DNA of 64,000 nt from an uncultured Chloroflexia bacterium (GCA_963833705.1 CAWHYQ010000001.1:249525-313524); one strand, 5' to 3'. Positions 31,616-41,599 are shown, numbered from the stretch's first letter. Program-made: numbers and translations. The notes: a model not told the origin generated them from the sequence alone.

Positions 31616-32238
31616 CCGAGCGCCCCCTTGGTGGAGGCGATCCCCTCACGACGCGGATCTGGCTCACAGGCGTCGCGAAGGGCGCGCCCGAGCGCCTTGA
31701 ACGACGCTTCGGCCAGGTGGTGGTCATTGCGGCCGGAACCGGTCAGGTGGAGGGTGGCGCCCGCCGTCCGGGCGAACGCCTCGAGGGCATGTTCGACCAG
31801 TTGCAGCGGCAGACCGCCGGCGCGCTCGCCGCGGAACGGCAGGTCGATCACCGCGTACGGTCGGCCGCCGACGTCGACGGCGGCGGTCGCGAGCGACTCG
31901 TCCATCGGGACCGTGCTCTGGCCGAACCGCGCGATGCCGGCCCGGTCGGCCAGCGCCTCGGCGAAGGCCGCGCCGAGGACCAGGGCGACGTCCTCGACCG
32001 TGTGGTGCTCGTCGATCTGGAGATCGCCGTCGGCATGGATGGCGAGGTCGAACAGGCCGTGGTGCGCCATCGAGCCGAGCAGGTGGTCGTAGAACCCGAT
32101 ACCCGTATCGATCCCGGTGTGGCCAGTCCCGTCGAGGGCGAGCGTGATCGTGACGTCGGTCTCGTTGGTGGTACGGGCGATCGTCACGCGCCGGCCCTCG
32201 CGGGGCCCGATCTCGATGGCACCGAGCGGGGTCGTCAT
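31612..32238 (-). CDS. hisB: Imidazoleglycerol-phosphate dehydratase
   Basis: RTTNETDVTITLALDGTG...IDEHHTVEDVALVLG...C-terminal part of a long spurious ORF. ATG at 32238. Confidence 0.9.
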   Translation of the reverse strand: MTTPLGAIEIGPREGRRVTIARTTNETDVTITLALDGTGHTGIDTGIGFYDHLLGSMAHHGLFDLAIHADGDLQIDEHHTVEDVALVLGAAFAEALADRAGIARFGQSTVPMDESLATAAVDVGGRPYAVIDLPFRGERAGGLPLQLVEHALEAFARTAGATLHLTGSGRNDHHLAEASFKALGRALRDACEPDPRREGIASTKGALG

Positions 32239-33380
32239 GGGGGCGTCTCCTTGGCGAGGTCGGTCGCCGCTTCGATGAGCCGGTCGTTCTCGCCGGGATC
32301 GCGGACGGTCAGGCGCAGGTGGTCGGCGAGCGGGTGCGCCGCACCGAACGTTCGCGGCACGAGGCCACGGCGGAGCAGTCCCTCCGCGACCCTCGCCGCG
32401 CGATCGGTCGACCCGAAGTCGACCAGCACGAAGTTGGTCACGGACGGACCGACGGACCAGCCGGCGGTTCGGAGGGCGCCGGTCAGCCGCGCCCGTTCGG
32501 TCGCGACACGCTCGAGGTTGGCGTCGAGGATGGCCGGGTCCCGGAGCGCTTCGGTGACCAGCGTGACCGACACGGTCGAGATCGAGCCCGGCGGACGGAA
32601 CGGGTTCATCCGCGCGATCAGCTCTGGACGGGCCACCGCGAACCCGACGCGGAGGCCGGCCAACGCGTACGCCTTGCTGGCGGTCCGGACCACGATGAGG
32701 TTGGGATAGGCATCGCGCAGGCCGATCAGCGATGTCCCGACGAACTCGGCATAGGCCTCGTCGAGGACAACGATGGGTGCCGCGCGCTTGGCCGCGGCCG
32801 CCTCCTTCGTCAGGCCGGCCAGGAGCGCCGCGATCGTCCCGTCCGGCTCTGCCAGGGCCGTCGGGTTGTTCGGGCTGCACAGCCACACGACAGCCGCATC
32901 GCCCGCGGCGGCAAGGGTCGCCCCGAGGTCGAGAGCGAAGCCGGCGGCGGCAGGCAGCCGGGGGACGGCCACGACGGACGCCGCTCGTTGCTCCGTGAGG
33001 ACGCGATACATCGCGTACGTCGGCGTGGGGACCACGGCGCGGCCGCCCGCCGGGATGAAGACCTTGCCCACGATGTCGAGGATCTCGTCGGCGCCCGCGC
33101 CCACGAGGATCTCCGCCGGCGTGACGCCATAGCGGGCCGCTGCCGCGTCGACCAGGCGTCGATAGTCGGTCGGTGGATACTCGGACAGGGGGGCCTCGAA
33201 CCGCCCCGCGGCGAGCAGCCCGGCCATCAGCGCGGGCGGTGCCGGCGACGTGTTGAGGTCGAATTGGACGATGGTCGCGGGGTCCAGCCCGTAGCGGGCG
33301 GCGACCTCCTCGTCGGTCGCCTCCCAACTGTAGGAGGACGGCGCCGTCGGTGGATCGAACGTGACCGGCGTCGGGCTCAC
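32235..33380 (-). CDS. hisC: Histidinol-phosphate aminotransferase
   Basis: Class II aminotransferase, PLP lysine context VVRTASKAYALAGLRVG. Confidence 0.85.
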   Translation of the reverse strand: MSPTPVTFDPPTAPSSYSWEATDEEVAARYGLDPATIVQFDLNTSPAPPALMAGLLAAGRFEAPLSEYPPTDYRRLVDAAAARYGVTPAEILVGAGADEILDIVGKVFIPAGGRAVVPTPTYAMYRVLTEQRAASVVAVPRLPAAAGFALDLGATLAAAGDAAVVWLCSPNNPTALAEPDGTIAALLAGLTKEAAAAKRAAPIVVLDEAYAEFVGTSLIGLRDAYPNLIVVRTASKAYALAGLRVGFAVARPELIARMNPFRPPGSISTVSVTLVTEALRDPAILDANLERVATERARLTGALRTAGWSVGPSVTNFVLVDFGSTDRAARVAEGLLRRGLVPRTFGAAHPLADHLRLTVRDPGENDRLIEAATDLAKETPP

Positions 33381-34735
33381 CGGGTCGGATCCTCGAACCT
33401 GATCTCGACGGCGTCACGGTGGGCGAGCAGGCCCTCGGTCTCGGCCAGGGTCGCCACGGTATCTCGGATCGAGGCGAGTCCGGCACGGTCGACGCGCTGG
33501 ACCTGGACGAACTTGCCGTACGTCTCGACGGCGAGACCGCCTGACCCACGCGCGAGCCCACCGGTCGGCAGGACGTGGTTGGCGCCGGTGGCGTAGTCGC
33601 CCGCGGATTCGGGCGCCCATGGACCCACGAACAGCGAGCCGGCGTTCCGAAGGCGGGCGACCGTTGGTTCGAGCGGCTCGACGTCGACCGAGAGATGCTC
33701 GGGCGCGTACTCGTTGATGAAGTCGATGGCGGCTCCGAGCGTTGGCGCGAGCACGATGCGGCCATGGTCGCGCAGAGCGGCGGCGAGGATGGCTCGACGG
33801 GCCGCAGTCCCGAGCAGGCGGTTGACGGCGACCTCGACGGCGTCGGCAAAGGCCTCGTCCATGGTGACCAGGATCGCGGGCGAATCCGGTCCGTGCTCGG
33901 CCTGGGTGATCAGATCGGCCGCGACGCGTCGTGGGTCGGCGGGCGGGGCGGCAAGAACCATCCCCTCCGAGGGCCCGGCCGGGAGGTCGATCGCGACTTC
34001 GCCGCAGACCTCGATCTTCGCGGCCGTGACCCAGGCGTTGCCGGGCCCGACGATCCGGTCGACCGGCTCCAGGCCCGCCTCGGGTAGCCCGTACGCGAGC
34101 GCCCCGATGGCCTGCGCGCCGCCGGCGACGACGAAGGCATCGACCTCGAGCAGGCCCGCGGTCCCGAGGAGCACCGGATCCGTGCGCCCGGACCGGTCTG
34201 CCGGTGAGGCGACGACGACTGCGCCGACCCCAGCGACGCGAGCCGGGACGACGGTCATGACCAGGGACGACGGGTACGGCGCGGATCCGCCGGGCACGTA
34301 GGCGCCGACACGGGCCAATGGCGTCCACCGACGCTCGATCTCGATCCCGGAGGCGACCGTCGTCCGCGTCGAAGTCGGTCGCTGGGTCTCGGCGAACCGC
34401 CGGACGTGGTCGATGGCCTGGTCGAGCGCCCGGCGCGTGCGCGCGTCGAGGCCGTCGCGGGCACCACGCAGGTCGGCGAGGTCGAGCAGCAGGCGTCCAT
34501 CGGACCGGCCGCCGCCGACGGCTTCGTTGGCATCGCGAACCGCGGCGTCGCCCCTTGCGCGGACGGCCGTGAGGGTCGCCCGGGCGGCGTCGCGGACCGC
34601 GGGATCCGGGACGGCACCGCGATGGACGAGCGCCGCTCGGTCGAAACCTGCATCCGGGTCGCCGGCCGCTGCCGCCCCGAGGTCCAGTCGCCGCAGTCGG
34701 AGCGCCGGCGTCGCCTGGTCGGTGGTCGCGGTCAC
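33377..34735 (-). CDS. hisD: Histidinol dehydrogenase
   Basis: AGPSEGMVLA, ITQAEHGPDSP, GPW motifs. GTG 34735 start overlaps the hisG stop. Confidence 0.85.
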   Translation of the reverse strand: MTATTDQATPALRLRRLDLGAAAAGDPDAGFDRAALVHRGAVPDPAVRDAARATLTAVRARGDAAVRDANEAVGGGRSDGRLLLDLADLRGARDGLDARTRRALDQAIDHVRRFAETQRPTSTRTTVASGIEIERRWTPLARVGAYVPGGSAPYPSSLVMTVVPARVAGVGAVVVASPADRSGRTDPVLLGTAGLLEVDAFVVAGGAQAIGALAYGLPEAGLEPVDRIVGPGNAWVTAAKIEVCGEVAIDLPAGPSEGMVLAAPPADPRRVAADLITQAEHGPDSPAILVTMDEAFADAVEVAVNRLLGTAARRAILAAALRDHGRIVLAPTLGAAIDFINEYAPEHLSVDVEPLEPTVARLRNAGSLFVGPWAPESAGDYATGANHVLPTGGLARGSGGLAVETYGKFVQVQRVDRAGLASIRDTVATLAETEGLLAHRDAVEIRFEDPTR

Positions 34736-35592
34736 GGGACGATCTTCTCGATGGGGAGGACGAGGATGCCCGACGCACCGGCCGCCTTGAGTCGCGGTAG
34801 CAGGCCCCACACGTCGTCCGCCCCGACGACCGAGTGGATCGCGATCATCCCGGCGTGGGCGAGCGGGATCACGGTCGGGGATTCGAGGGCCGGCAGCAGT
34901 CGTTCCAGCTCGGCGAGTCTGGGAGCCGGCGCGTTCATCATCAGGTACTTGCGCCCACGGGCGGCGATCACAGCGCTGAGCATCGTGTCGATGGCGGCGA
35001 GATCGGCCTTCCGTTCCCGATCGGCATCGGGATTGGCGATGAGGATAGCCTCGGATTCGAGGACATCGCCGACCTGGCGCAGGCCGTTCATGACGAGGGT
35101 CGAGCCGGTCGAGACCAGATCGACGATGCCCTCGGCAAGTCCGAGACGCGGCGCGACCTCGACCGCACCGGAGATCGGGATGATCTCGACGGCGATGCCC
35201 CGCTCCTCGAAGAACCGGCGGGCGGTGTTCGGGTGAGCCGTCGCGACACGCAGGCCGGCGAGATCCTCCACGGTCCGGTACGGCGCGTCGTTCGGGACGG
35301 CGGCGGCCAGCCGACACCGGCCGTAGCCGAGCGAGCGGATGCGTGGGAGCTCGGCGCCCGTTTCGCTCAGGAGGTCGATACCGGTGATCCCGAGATCGGC
35401 GACGCCATCGCCCACGAACTCGATGACGTCGTTGGTGCGGACGAACAGGATGTCGAGTTGGTAGTTCTGGACGATCGAGACCAGGCTCCGGTCGTGCTCC
35501 TCGAACATGAGGCCGGCGTCGTGGAGGAGCCGGAGGGTAGGCTCCACCATCCGTCCCTTGTTGGGGATCGCCAGGCGCAGACGGGTCCTCAC
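34732..35592 (-). CDS. hisG: ATP phosphoribosyltransferase (long form with C-terminal regulatory domain)
   Basis: LRLAIPNKGRMVEPTLRLL..., C-terminal HisG_C. GTG 35592 start overlaps the upstream yerC-like stop. Confidence 0.85.
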   Translation of the reverse strand: MRTRLRLAIPNKGRMVEPTLRLLHDAGLMFEEHDRSLVSIVQNYQLDILFVRTNDVIEFVGDGVADLGITGIDLLSETGAELPRIRSLGYGRCRLAAAVPNDAPYRTVEDLAGLRVATAHPNTARRFFEERGIAVEIIPISGAVEVAPRLGLAEGIVDLVSTGSTLVMNGLRQVGDVLESEAILIANPDADRERKADLAAIDTMLSAVIAARGRKYLMMNAPAPRLAELERLLPALESPTVIPLAHAGMIAIHSVVGADDVWGLLPRLKAAGASGILVLPIEKIVP

Positions 35593-35933
35593 CGTTCGCT
35601 CCCGGTCGGGTAGGGGACGGTGCGCCCGCGTGACGACGCGTCGAGCCTGTCCAGCATCGCGCGGTAGCCACCTTCGCCGTGGTTCAGCCACGACGCGATG
35701 CGGGTGATGGTGGCCGTGCTCGCCCCGGTCGTGCGCGAGATCTCCGCGTAGTGCAGGCCCCCGTCCAGCATCCGCACGACGGCCCATCGTTGTGCCATGT
35801 CGCGCAGCTCATTCAAGGTGCACAGGTCGCGAAAGAAGCGCTCGGCCTCGTCGGTCGTCTCGAGTCGGAGCACGGCGTTGAACAGTGCCTCGACGTCATC
35901 GGTCTTCCAGTCGTCGGCCATGGTCGCCGTCAT
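35589..35933 (-). CDS. YerC/YecD-family TrpR-like DNA-binding protein, first gene of the his operon
   Basis: AVLRLETTDEAERFFRDLCTLNELRDMAQRWAVVRMLDGGLHYAEISRTTGASTATITRIASWLNHGEGGY matches the YerC/YecD (Trp repressor fold) family. Translationally coupled to hisG. Confidence 0.7.
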   Translation of the reverse strand: MTATMADDWKTDDVEALFNAVLRLETTDEAERFFRDLCTLNELRDMAQRWAVVRMLDGGLHYAEISRTTGASTATITRIASWLNHGEGGYRAMLDRLDASSRGRTVPYPTGSER

Positions 35934-35940
35934 CCCTCCG

Positions 35941-35988
35941 CTCGCGTCACGCGAGCATCGTAGTAGCGTATTAGCGTGCTACTACGTT
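35941..35988. promoter_or_regulatory. Divergent yerC-his / hisA control region with two perfect inverted repeats (candidate operators)
   Basis: IR1 GCTCGCGT-c-ACGCGAGC (35941-35957). IR2 CGTAGTAGC-gtattagcgt-GCTACTACG (35960-35988), an AT-richer island in a ~70% GC genome, lying between the yerC-like ATG (35933, minus) and the hisA ATG (36000, plus). Confidence 0.5.
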
Positions 35989-35999
35989 ATCATCCAGTC

Positions 36000-36749
36000 A
36001 TGGCCGATGCAAGACGCTTCGACGTCATGCCCGCGATCGACCTTCTGGACGGACGCGTCGTGCGGCTGGAGGCTGGTGACTTCGATCGCGAGACGACCTT
36101 CTCGAACGACCCGGCGGCGGTCGCGGACGGGTTCGTAGGGCAGGGGGCCCGTTGGCTGCATGTCGTCGATCTGGACGCCGCGAAATCCGGGTCGGTCACA
36201 AACGGGTCGGCGCTCGGGTCGATCGTCGATGTCGTCGGCGATCGCGCCCTCGTCGAGGTCGCCGGGGGCTTGCGGACCGAATACGTCGTGGACGCCGCCT
36301 TCGAGCGGGGAGCGCAGCGTGCGGTGATCGGGACCGCGGCGCTCCGGGATCCGGCCTTCGTCGGTCGCCTCCTCGATAGGCACGGCGCCGCTCGGATCGC
36401 GGTCGCGATCGACGTTCGTGACGGCCGCGCGGTCGGCCACGGTTGGACGAACGATGCTGATGCGGTCGATGTGGCCGACGCGGTCGAGCGCCTGGCGGGC
36501 GTCGGCGTCGAGACCTTCGAGGTGACCGCGATCGAGCGCGACGGGCTGCTGGAGGGACCGGACCTCGCGCTCTGCGAACGGCTCGTCGGTCTTGGTCAGG
36601 GCTCGATCATCGCATCGGGCGGGATCGCCACGATGGACCATCTCGCAGCCGTCCGCGCCATCGGCTGTTCGGGCGCGATCATCGGGCGAGCGCTCTACGA
36701 GGGTCGCCTCGACGTGCGCGGCGCCATCGCCAGGTTCGACCGACCGTGA
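36000..36749 (+). CDS. hisA: HisA/PriA-type (βα)8 isomerase (ProFAR isomerase)
   Basis: MPAIDLLDGRVVRL...VVDLDAA...SGGIATMDHL. Transcribed divergently from the rest of the his operon. Confidence 0.8.
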   Translation: MADARRFDVMPAIDLLDGRVVRLEAGDFDRETTFSNDPAAVADGFVGQGARWLHVVDLDAAKSGSVTNGSALGSIVDVVGDRALVEVAGGLRTEYVVDAAFERGAQRAVIGTAALRDPAFVGRLLDRHGAARIAVAIDVRDGRAVGHGWTNDADAVDVADAVERLAGVGVETFEVTAIERDGLLEGPDLALCERLVGLGQGSIIASGGIATMDHLAAVRAIGCSGAIIGRALYEGRLDVRGAIARFDRP

Positions 36750-36866
36750 CTGCCGGACACCATCGACATATGGCGATGCCCTGGATGGGCGAACGTCCAT
36801 CGTCTGCATCGCGGGCACGGCCGAGGATGTCCCACTCAGGCTGACCTCGGCCGACTGTCCACAGCC

Positions 36867-37394
36867 ATGCACAGGGAGAAGCTCGTGCGCCCACTCGCTC
36901 GGATCGGCGGATTCGCCCCGATCGACCCGGTCCTTTCGACCAGCCCGACCGTTGTCTCGGCACCCCCCATCACGATGCGATCGCCGGGTGTCGTGGCCAT
37001 CGGGCTTGGCCTCGTCCTGTTCAACATCGCTGCCGCGATGCTGGCGATCCAGGAGCGATGGCCGGCTGCCTTCGGTATGACCCCGGATCCCGACCATGTC
37101 GCCCGGGACGCCGTGATCGTCGGGACCGCGATCTCGGCGCCGGTCGCGCCGCTCGTGGCGCTGATCGCGTTCATCCTCCTCGCACAGGCACGGGCTCGGT
37201 CGGCGCGGATCGTCGGCTACCTCGGCACGATCGTCGTCGCGCTGCTCTTCGTGGTCGGCACGGTCGGTGAACCGACGCTCGTGCATCCTGAGTCGGCCCT
37301 CGAGGAGGCGATCCATCTGCTCGGGCTGGCGCTTGCGACGGTGCTCCTCGTGGTCGGCGTTCGGGGCCTCGCGGGCCTCCGATCTCGTCGGTGA
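36867..37394 (+). CDS. Hypothetical small integral membrane protein (4 predicted TM helices)
   Basis: ORF with hydrophobic helices (VVAIGLGLVLFNIAAAMLAI; VAPLVALIAFILLA; IVVALLFVVGTV; LLGLALATVLLVVGV). No homology recognised. Confidence 0.4.
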   Translation: MHREKLVRPLARIGGFAPIDPVLSTSPTVVSAPPITMRSPGVVAIGLGLVLFNIAAAMLAIQERWPAAFGMTPDPDHVARDAVIVGTAISAPVAPLVALIAFILLAQARARSARIVGYLGTIVVALLFVVGTVGEPTLVHPESALEEAIHLLGLALATVLLVVGVRGLAGLRSRR

Positions 37395-37410
37395 CTCGCG
37401 TGGTCCTCGG

Positions 37411-39495
37411 TCAGTGGCCGCCGCTGGCCGCCAGCTCCTTCTGGTGCGCCTCGATGACCTTCTCGGCGATGTGCCCGGGGACATCGTCGTAATGGTCGAG
37501 CGTCATCGTGAATGACCCGCGGCCCTGGGCGAGGGAACGCAGTTCCGTGGCGTAATTGGCCATCTCGGCGAGCGGCACGTGCGCGCTGATGATCTGGATG
37601 TCGCCATCTGAATCCATCCCGAGGACCCGGCCCCGCCGGCCGTTGAGATCGCGGTTGACCTCGCCCATGTACGCATCGGGGACACGGATGTCGACCGCCA
37701 TGATCGGCTCCAGCAACGCCGGCTTGGCGTGGTGGACGCCGTCCTTGAGTGCCATCGACGCGGCGATCTTGAACGCCATCTCGTTCGAATCGACCGGATG
37801 GAACGAGCCGTCGTAGAGGGTGGCCTTGAAGTCGGACAGCGGGTAGCCCGCGAGCACCCCACCTTCGGCCGCCTCGCGGATCCCCTTCTCGACGCCGGCG
37901 AAGAAGCCCTTCGGAACCGCCCCGCCGACGACGCGCTCCGCGAACTCGACACCACCGTCGGGGTTCGGCTCCAGCTCGAGCCACACATCGCCGAACATCC
38001 CGTGACCGCCGGTCTGCTTCTTGTAGCGACCGTGGACCTGGGTCTTGCCGCGGATCGTCTCCTTGTAGGGCACGCGCGGCACATGGGTGACGATGGCCGC
38101 CCCGAACTTGCGCTTGAGCCGCTCGATGATGACCGCGGTGTGGGCCTCGCCCATCGTGCGCAGCACCTGCTCGCCGGTCGTGCTGCGTTCGAGGCGAACG
38201 GTCGGCTCCTCTTCCAGCATCCTGGCCAGCGCCGGCCCCATCTTGTCGAGGTCGCCCTTGGTCTGCGGCTCGATCGCGAGCGTCAGCGACGGCGCCGGGA
38301 ACTCGAGCGGGGACAGCACCAGCGGCTTCTCCCGGCCCCCGAGCGTGTCGCCGGTCTCCGTGACGGTCAATTTGGCGACCGCACCGATCTCGCCTGCCTT
38401 GAGCTCGCCGATCGGTTCCTGTTCCTTGCCGTGCAGCAGCAGCAGCTGGCCGATCCGCTCGTCCTCGTTCCGGGTCGAGTTCCAGACATGGGCCTGCGAG
38501 TGGAGCGTCCCCGAAAGGATCCGCAGGTAGGTCAGCCGGCCGACGAACGGGTCGGCGGTCGTCTTGAACACCCGCGCCAGGAGAGGCCCGGACTCGTCGG
38601 CGGGCACCTCGACGGTCGCGCCCGCCTTATCGGCCGTCTTGACCGCTGCTTCGTCGGCCGGGGACGGCAGGTACCGGACGATCGCGTCGAGCAACCCACG
38701 CAGACCGATGCCCTTGGTCGCGCTCCCGACCAGCACCGGCGCGAGGACCGAATCCTTGACACCCTTGCGCAGGCAGGCCTCGAGCTCCGGGTCCGAGATC
38801 TCCTCGCCTTCGAGGTACTTGGTCAGGACGTCGTCGTCAGCCTCGGCCGCCGCCTCCAGCAACTGGTCCCGCCGTCGCGCGACCTCGGCGGCCAACTCGT
38901 CCGGGATCGGGATCTCGACTTCCTTGCCACCCTCGAGCCGCCAGGCCTTGCGATGCACGAGGTCGACATAGCCCTCGAACGACTCGGCCGCTCCGATCGC
39001 GATCTGCAGCGGCGCGATCTTGTCGCCGAAGCTCGCGCGGAGGGCATCGAGCGCGGCCGTCGGGTCGGCGTTCTCGCGGTCGCTCTTGTTGATAAAGAAA
39101 CACGCCGCGGAGCCGGTCGAACGTCCCAGCGCCACGGCGTGCTCGAGGCCGGCCTCGACGCCGCCCGAGGCATCCATCACGAACAGCGCCCCGTCGGTTG
39201 CGGCGAACCCTTCGATGACGTCGGCGATGAAGTCCGGATAGCCGGGCGTGTCCACCAGCGAGATCCGCGTCCCGTCCGATTCGAACGTCCCGACCGCCAG
39301 GCTCAGCGACTCCTTGCGCTTCTGTTCCTCGGGCTCGAAGTCGAGATGCGCCGTCCCGTCGTCGACTCGTCCCAGTCGAGGGATGGCCCCCGCCCTGAAG
39401 AGCAACTGCTCGGCCAGCGTCGTCTTGCCGGACCCTGCGTGGCCCGCCAGGACGACGCTGCGAAGGTGTGGGAGGTCGACACTCTTCATGGTCAT
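37411..39495 (-). CDS. Elongation factor G paralog (EF-G2-like translational GTPase)
   Basis: G1 AGHAGSGKTTL, G3 DTPGYPDF, NKSD, and EF-G domains II-V. Intact. Confidence 0.85.
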   Translation of the reverse strand: MTMKSVDLPHLRSVVLAGHAGSGKTTLAEQLLFRAGAIPRLGRVDDGTAHLDFEPEEQKRKESLSLAVGTFESDGTRISLVDTPGYPDFIADVIEGFAATDGALFVMDASGGVEAGLEHAVALGRSTGSAACFFINKSDRENADPTAALDALRASFGDKIAPLQIAIGAAESFEGYVDLVHRKAWRLEGGKEVEIPIPDELAAEVARRRDQLLEAAAEADDDVLTKYLEGEEISDPELEACLRKGVKDSVLAPVLVGSATKGIGLRGLLDAIVRYLPSPADEAAVKTADKAGATVEVPADESGPLLARVFKTTADPFVGRLTYLRILSGTLHSQAHVWNSTRNEDERIGQLLLLHGKEQEPIGELKAGEIGAVAKLTVTETGDTLGGREKPLVLSPLEFPAPSLTLAIEPQTKGDLDKMGPALARMLEEEPTVRLERSTTGEQVLRTMGEAHTAVIIERLKRKFGAAIVTHVPRVPYKETIRGKTQVHGRYKKQTGGHGMFGDVWLELEPNPDGGVEFAERVVGGAVPKGFFAGVEKGIREAAEGGVLAGYPLSDFKATLYDGSFHPVDSNEMAFKIAASMALKDGVHHAKPALLEPIMAVDIRVPDAYMGEVNRDLNGRRGRVLGMDSDGDIQIISAHVPLAEMANYATELRSLAQGRGSFTMTLDHYDDVPGHIAEKVIEAHQKELAASGGH

Positions 39496-39588
39496 CGGCT
39501 TCGTCGGTCCTTCCTGCTGGTGGGGGACACGGAACGTCCGGGGGAGCGCGGGGTGGGGCCATGATAGTCCGCTATACTGCGGCCCGCG

Positions 39589-40341
39589 ATGTCAGGTCAT
39601 TCCAAGTGGTCCACGATCAAGCGCCAGAAAGGCGTCACCGACGCCAAGCGCGGTGCCCTGTTCACGAAGGTCGCACGCGAGATCAGCGTCGCCGCGCGAC
39701 AGGGTGGTGGTGACCCGGACGCCAACTACCGACTCCGTCTCGCGATCGAGAAGGCGCGTTCGGTCAACATGCCAGCCGACAACATCAAGCGGACGATCGA
39801 CAAGGCGACCGGTGGCGGCGAGGCCGAACAGTACGAGGAGATCGTCTACGAGGGCTACGGCCCAGGTGGCGTGGCGGTCCTCGTCGAAGCCCAGACCGAC
39901 AACCGCAACCGGACCGCCGCCGAGGTCCGCTCGATGTTCACGAAGTCGGGCGGCCAATTGGCTGGCGCGGGTGCCGTGGCCTGGCAGTTCGAGCCGCGCG
40001 GGCTGATCGAGGTCGTACGGGCGGGCGTCGACGCGGACGAGGTGACGCTGGCGGCCATCGATGCCGGGGCCGAGGACGTCGATGCCGACGGCGACGAGAC
40101 GATCGAGATCTACACCGCGCCGAGTGAGCTCGAGCCGGTACGCAAGGCGCTCGAGGCCGCCGGGGTCCCGGTCGACTCGGCCGAGTCCACGATGATCGCC
40201 AAGCAGACCGTCGAGCTCGACTCCTCCAAGGCGCGCCAGGCGCTCCGCCTGGTCGAGCTGCTCGAGGACCTCGACGATGTCCAGCGGGTGACCGCGAACT
40301 TCGACATCCCCGAAGACGTCTACGCCGAGGTCGCCGGGTGA
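39589..40341 (+). CDS. yebC: YebC/PmpR family DNA-binding transcriptional regulator
   Basis: MSGHSKWSTIKRQKGVTDAKRG...canonical YebC. Confidence 0.85.
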   Translation: MSGHSKWSTIKRQKGVTDAKRGALFTKVAREISVAARQGGGDPDANYRLRLAIEKARSVNMPADNIKRTIDKATGGGEAEQYEEIVYEGYGPGGVAVLVEAQTDNRNRTAAEVRSMFTKSGGQLAGAGAVAWQFEPRGLIEVVRAGVDADEVTLAAIDAGAEDVDADGDETIEIYTAPSELEPVRKALEAAGVPVDSAESTMIAKQTVELDSSKARQALRLVELLEDLDDVQRVTANFDIPEDVYAEVAG

Positions 40342-40949
40342 AGGTCCTCGGGATCGACCCGGGGACGGCCGCTCTTGGCTACGGGATCGTCGACCGCAAC
40401 GGCGGGCGCCTGCGGGAGGTCGACCACGGTTGCCTCACGACCAGCCCGGACCTGTCGATGCCGGAGCGGCTGCTCCAGATCCACGCCCTGGTCGACGAAC
40501 TCATCGCCCTCCACCAGCCCGACCTGATGGGCGTCGAGCGCCTGTTCTTCTCGCGCAACGTCCAGACGGCACTCGGCGTCGGCCAGGCGCGCGGCGTCGT
40601 GCTGCTCGCGGCCGCGCAGCACGGCACGCCCGTTCGCGAGGCGACCCCGAACGAGGTCAAGAGCGCGATCACCGGCTACGGCGCGGCGGACAAGGAGCAG
40701 GTGGGGCGGATGGTCCAGCTGGTGCTTGGCATGAGCGAACGGCCTCGCCCGGACGATGCGGCCGACGCACTGGCCATCGCGACCTGGGTCGCCAACACCG
40801 ATCGCGGCGGGGTCCTCGCAACGGCGTCGGTGCTCGACCGGGCCGCGGTCGCCCCGATCACCCGCGGTGAGACCGGCTACGAGCGGGCGGTTCGCGAGGC
40901 CCTGGCCGACGAGCGGCCGCACCCCGCATCCAAGCGCACGGCCTCGTAG
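40338..40949 (+). CDS. ruvC: Crossover junction endodeoxyribonuclease RuvC
   Basis: MKVLGIDPGTAALGYGIV...catalytic D/E residues. GTG overlaps the yebC stop. Confidence 0.85.
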   Translation: MKVLGIDPGTAALGYGIVDRNGGRLREVDHGCLTTSPDLSMPERLLQIHALVDELIALHQPDLMGVERLFFSRNVQTALGVGQARGVVLLAAAQHGTPVREATPNEVKSAITGYGAADKEQVGRMVQLVLGMSERPRPDDAADALAIATWVANTDRGGVLATASVLDRAAVAPITRGETGYERAVREALADERPHPASKRTAS

Positions 40950-40963
40950 GACCGCCCGCCACC

Positions 40964-41560
40964 GTGCTCGCCTCGGTCGAGGGGATGGTCGGTGCCGTTG
41001 CGGCCGACTCGCTGGTCATCGAGGTCGGCGGCCTCGGCTACCGGGTGTTCGCAGCCCCGGCGGTGCTTGCCTCGGCGCAACCGGGTGGGCGGCTCAAGTT
41101 GCACACCTACCACCTGGTCCGCGAGGATCAGCAGGCGCTGTACGGCTTTCGCTCGGTCGAGGAGCTCGGCTTCTTCACGCTCCTGCTGACCGTCAACGGC
41201 GTCGGTCCCAAGGTCGCCCTCGCGATCGTCGGGTCGCGCCCGACGCCCGACCTCCAGCTCGCGATCATGGCCCAGGACCAGGCCGTCCTGGTGTCGATCC
41301 CGGGGATCGGCAAGAAGCTCGCCGAGCGGATCATCTTCGAGCTGAAGGAGAAGGTCGCGGCGGCCGGTGTCTCCGTCTCGGGGACCAGTGCGCTCGGCGC
41401 CGCCGCCGGCGAGGGCGAGATCGTGGCCGCACTCCAGGCGCTCGGGTACTCCCTGGCCGAAGCTCGGGAGGCGTCGCGGGCGGCGCTGGCGGAAGTCGGC
41501 GTCGGCAGCACGCTGGAGGACCGCGTCAAGGCGGCCCTCCGAAGCCTCTTGCGCGACTAG
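40964..41560 (+). CDS. ruvA: Holliday junction branch migration protein RuvA
   Basis: GLGYRVF..., HhH motifs (VNGVGPKVALAI, IPGIGKKLAERI), C-terminal domain III. Confidence 0.85.
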   Translation: MLASVEGMVGAVAADSLVIEVGGLGYRVFAAPAVLASAQPGGRLKLHTYHLVREDQQALYGFRSVEELGFFTLLLTVNGVGPKVALAIVGSRPTPDLQLAIMAQDQAVLVSIPGIGKKLAERIIFELKEKVAAAGVSVSGTSALGAAAGEGEIVAALQALGYSLAEAREASRAALAEVGVGSTLEDRVKAALRSLLRD

Positions 41561-41599
41561 GTATCGTTGCGCGACCGTCCGGGGTCCCGAGGGTCTGCC

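Noticed and set aside
35982-39564. ORFs 35982..37484(-), 37729..39564(+), 37217..37984(-)
   Set aside because: Antisense to hisA and the EF-G paralog. RRDR/GR-rich, no domains.
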